A stretch of DNA of 64,000 nucleotides from positions 1 to 64,000 of the IMG/VR virus record IMGVR_UViG_3300047373_000743. One strand, 5' to 3'. The translations under genes were made by a program, and so were the position numbers. The stretch comes from a virus. The notes under the pieces are model-generated. The model did not search any database. It was not told the origin of the DNA and saw only the letters and a list, made by a program, of their open reading frames with translations. Below, piece by piece: positions 61,481 to 64,000 of the stretch (position 1 is its first letter; each line of letters opens with the position of its first letter).

Positions 61481-61593
61481 TATTTATTATTCAAAATGTT
61501 TTCACTTTATTGAAAACCATATTAAAGGTTTTAATTATTTGAAGTCCCACTAAAATGACTTTACCAAACTAAACATAAGAAGGATAATTAACC
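61481..61593 (+). promoter_or_regulatory. TATTTAT motif plus a ~100-nt structured leader of the scaffold-capsid operon
   Basis: Motif at 61481-87; several short inverted repeats; AAGGA SD. Confidence 0.5.
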
Positions 61594-62910
61594 ATGAGTA
61601 AATTACTTAAAGAAGCTATTGCCGATGCGAAAGCAGTTCGCGAGACAGCTCTTGCCAATGCAAGACTTGCACTCGAAGAAGCATTCGCACCACGTTTGCA
61701 AAGTATGCTTACCAAGAAACTCAAGGAAGAAGAACTTGACTTAGAAGACGAAGAATTAGAAGATGAAGTTTCTGATGAAGTTGAAGAAGGTTCTTACTCC
61801 GAGGATGACGAGGAAGTAGACGATGTAGTTGCTGACGAAGAAACTGATGCTGAAGAAGCACCGGTAGAAGAACCAGCAGAAGACGAAGATGAAATTGCCA
61901 CCGAGGATGATCTTGAAGCAGACGTGTCTGCTGATGAAGAAGACTTGGGTGTTGACCTTGATGCAGATGTATCTGCTGACGAGGATGAAGTTACCGCCGA
62001 GGATGATCTTGAAGCAGAATTGTCACTTGATGACGAGGAAGAAGAAATTGAAGAAGATTCATTTGATTTAGAGTCTATCATAAAAGAACTTGAACAAGAA
62101 CTTGATGAAGACATTGAAGATGAATCCGAAGAATCTGAAGAATCTGAAGAATCTGAAGAACTTGAAGAAAAAGTAGATTGCTATTCGGAAGAAGATGCAG
62201 AAGACTATGAAGAAGTTTCTGAAGAAAAAACTGAAGAAGTTTCTGAAGAAAAAACTGAAGAAGTTGACGAAGATATTGATTTAGAAATCGTTGAAGATAA
62301 CGAAGAAGAACCAGTAGCAGAAACAACTGAAGAAGAACCAGTAGCAGAAACAACTGAAGAAGAACCGGTAGCAGAAGAAGAATCAATCGAGGAAGATGAA
62401 GAAATCAACCTTGAAGAAATTCTTAAAGAACTTGAAGAGGAATCTTCAATTGAAGAAGAAGAAACATCGGAATTGGCAGAACTTAAAACTGCAAACGAAA
62501 AGCTTCAAAAAGAAAATGATGAATACCGCAAAGTTTACAAATTTTTGCGAGGTAAGTTAAATGAAGTTAATCTTCTTAATGCAAAACTGCTTTATACAAA
62601 TAAATTGTTCAAAGCACACGTATTAAACGAAGATCAAAAGTTAAAAGTCGTAGAAAGTTTTGACCTCACGAAGAATGTTCGTGAAGCAAAATTGGTATAC
62701 GCAACCCTTGGTGAGAGTTTTTCAACTCACGCACCCAAAGTAAAGGAAGAAATCAAGTCTGCTCCTAAAAAAGCAAAAACTGAAAAGAATCCTCTTACAG
62801 AAGGAATTGCATCCAAGGCAATCAAATCAACAAAACCCTCCAAGAAGATTTTATCAGAAGGCAACGATCTTGCTGACCGATTTAAGAAACTTGCAGGTAT
62901 ACAATCATAA
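61594..62910 (+). CDS. Prohead scaffolding/core protein (gp22-like)
   Basis: LLKEAIADAKAVRETALANA...LNEVNLLNAKLLY...RFKKLAGI; highly acidic; directly before the MCP gene. Confidence 0.85.
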   Translation: MSKLLKEAIADAKAVRETALANARLALEEAFAPRLQSMLTKKLKEEELDLEDEELEDEVSDEVEEGSYSEDDEEVDDVVADEETDAEEAPVEEPAEDEDEIATEDDLEADVSADEEDLGVDLDADVSADEDEVTAEDDLEAELSLDDEEEEIEEDSFDLESIIKELEQELDEDIEDESEESEESEESEELEEKVDCYSEEDAEDYEEVSEEKTEEVSEEKTEEVDEDIDLEIVEDNEEEPVAETTEEEPVAETTEEEPVAEEESIEEDEEINLEEILKELEEESSIEEEETSELAELKTANEKLQKENDEYRKVYKFLRGKLNEVNLLNAKLLYTNKLFKAHVLNEDQKLKVVESFDLTKNVREAKLVYATLGESFSTHAPKVKEEIKSAPKKAKTEKNPLTEGIASKAIKSTKPSKKILSEGNDLADRFKKLAGIQS

Positions 62911-62938
62911 CAAAATCTAAAATATAGGAAAACTTATA

Positions 62939-64000
62939 ATGAGTGAAATTAGTAAATTATTAAAGGAAAGTCACAATCCTCAACAACGTCTTATGGCAGA
63001 AACCCGTGGTTTGGTAACAAAATGGGAAAAAACCGGACTTCTTGAAGGAATTTCGACTGACACAGAAAAGAGTGGTATGTCCATTCTTTTGGAAAACCAA
63101 GCAAAGCAGTTGATCGATGAAGCATCACGCACAGGAACCGATAGTGGTTCAGAAGAATGGAGTGGAGTAGCACTTCCTCTCGTACGTCGTGTGTTCGCAG
63201 AAATCGCATCAAAGGAATTCGTTTCCGTTCAACCAATGAACCTTCCATCAGGATTGATCTTCTACTTAGACTTCAAGTATGGTTCGGCACAATCACGTCA
63301 AGCTTCCGGAAGTCTTTTCGGTGGAACAGGTGCAACCAAGTCAACAGACGCCGCAACAGGTGGTCTTTATGGTGAAGGTCGTCATGGTTACTCAATCAAT
63401 GATGTTAAAGTTTCCATTTCCAGTGGTGCAACTTGGCAATCAGTAGCCGTAGATTCAGCTGGTGCAGTTGACGGAGATCCAGACGGAGTTCGTGCATTTA
63501 AAGTTGTAGGTGATGATGCTTCAAAAGAATCTCTTGATGCTGACGGAAAAGCACAACAAGATGGAACATTGCATTACCACAGAGCAACAACTGCTACATC
63601 ACGTGGTGACTTCGAAGCAGCTGCTGACGCAGTTTCTGGTGCGGTTACTGGTTCCCAAGACGCAGGAATTCCAGAAGTTAACTTGGAACTCAAGAGTGAA
63701 CCAATCGTTGCAAAGACACGTAAGTTGAAAGCAGTATGGACACCAGAGTTGGCACAAGACCTTAATGCTTATCATAGCATTGATGCAGAAGCAGAATTGA
63801 CTTCTCTTCTTTCCGAGTACGTTTCAATGGAAATTGATTTGGAAATTCTTGATATGCTTCTTGCACAAGCAGGTACTGTAGACGCAAGTGAGTTCAAAGC
63901 AGTTCCAGACGGTGGATTCACCGGTGGTGAAACACAAAGAGATCACTTCCAAAAACTTGGAACAAAGATTCAAAAGATGAGTAACAACATTCATCAATTG
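62939..64000 (+). CDS. Major capsid protein (T4 gp23-like), 3'-truncated
   Basis: Missing from the ORF track because it runs off the window. ATG 62939: MSEISKLLKES...KWEKTGLLEG...LLENQA...LPLVRRVF...VSVQPMNLPSGLIFYLDFKY...KTRKLKAVWTPELAQDLNAYHSIDAEAEL. Confidence 0.95.
   Translation, partial: MSEISKLLKESHNPQQRLMAETRGLVTKWEKTGLLEGISTDTEKSGMSILLENQAKQLIDEASRTGTDSGSEEWSGVALPLVRRVFAEIASKEFVSVQPMNLPSGLIFYLDFKYGSAQSRQASGSLFGGTGATKSTDAATGGLYGEGRHGYSINDVKVSISSGATWQSVAVDSAGAVDGDPDGVRAFKVVGDDASKESLDADGKAQQDGTLHYHRATTATSRGDFEAAADAVSGAVTGSQDAGIPEVNLELKSEPIVAKTRKLKAVWTPELAQDLNAYHSIDAEAELTSLLSEYVSMEIDLEILDMLLAQAGTVDASEFKAVPDGGFTGGETQRDHFQKLGTKIQKMSNNIHQL

Noticed and set aside
62991-63728. Small ORFs listed at the window end
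   Set aside because: They lie within the major capsid gene, which starts at 62939 in another frame.
1-64000. Stop-codon reassignment, tRNA/rRNA genes, integrase or transposase
   Set aside because: Genes are full-length and tightly packed under code 11 with all three stops used; no RNA-gene or mobile-element signatures seen in the short intergenic gaps.

Overview
A 64 kb segment of a large, AT-rich, T4-related (myovirus-like, probably jumbo) tailed phage. All credible genes are on the + strand. In order: (1) 1-9.8 kb, virion decoration/fibre-like proteins, including a Cys-rich 13-aa repeat protein and a dockerin-like plus mucin-like protein; (2) 9.8-16.5 kb, GT2 glycosyltransferase, HD hydrolase, Hsp20, a membrane protein with an apparent -1 frameshift extension and a gp55-like late sigma factor; (3) 16.5-39 kb, baseplate module (gp5-like spike, gp25, gp6, large wedge/receptor-binding proteins); (4) 39-45 kb, RuvC-like resolvase, primase and an SbcD-SbcC (gp47/gp46-like) fusion split by a GT9 gene; (5) 45-52 kb, probable capsid-packaged proteins (P-loop kinase, nucleotidyltransferase-ligase-like fusion, modular polyprotein, RNase-like protein); (6) 52-64 kb, terminase, a lipoprotein, portal, core proteins, prohead protease, scaffold and a truncated major capsid gene. 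Most interesting observations: cargo proteins punctuated by L/I/V-x-E candidate prohead-protease sites, the split nuclease, the frameshifted membrane protein, a two-tier and often leaderless promoter system (sigma70-like TTGACA/TATAAT plus a TATTTAT motif), and a possible phage-encoded virion glycosylation system. All family assignments are by motif recognition only; no searches were run.
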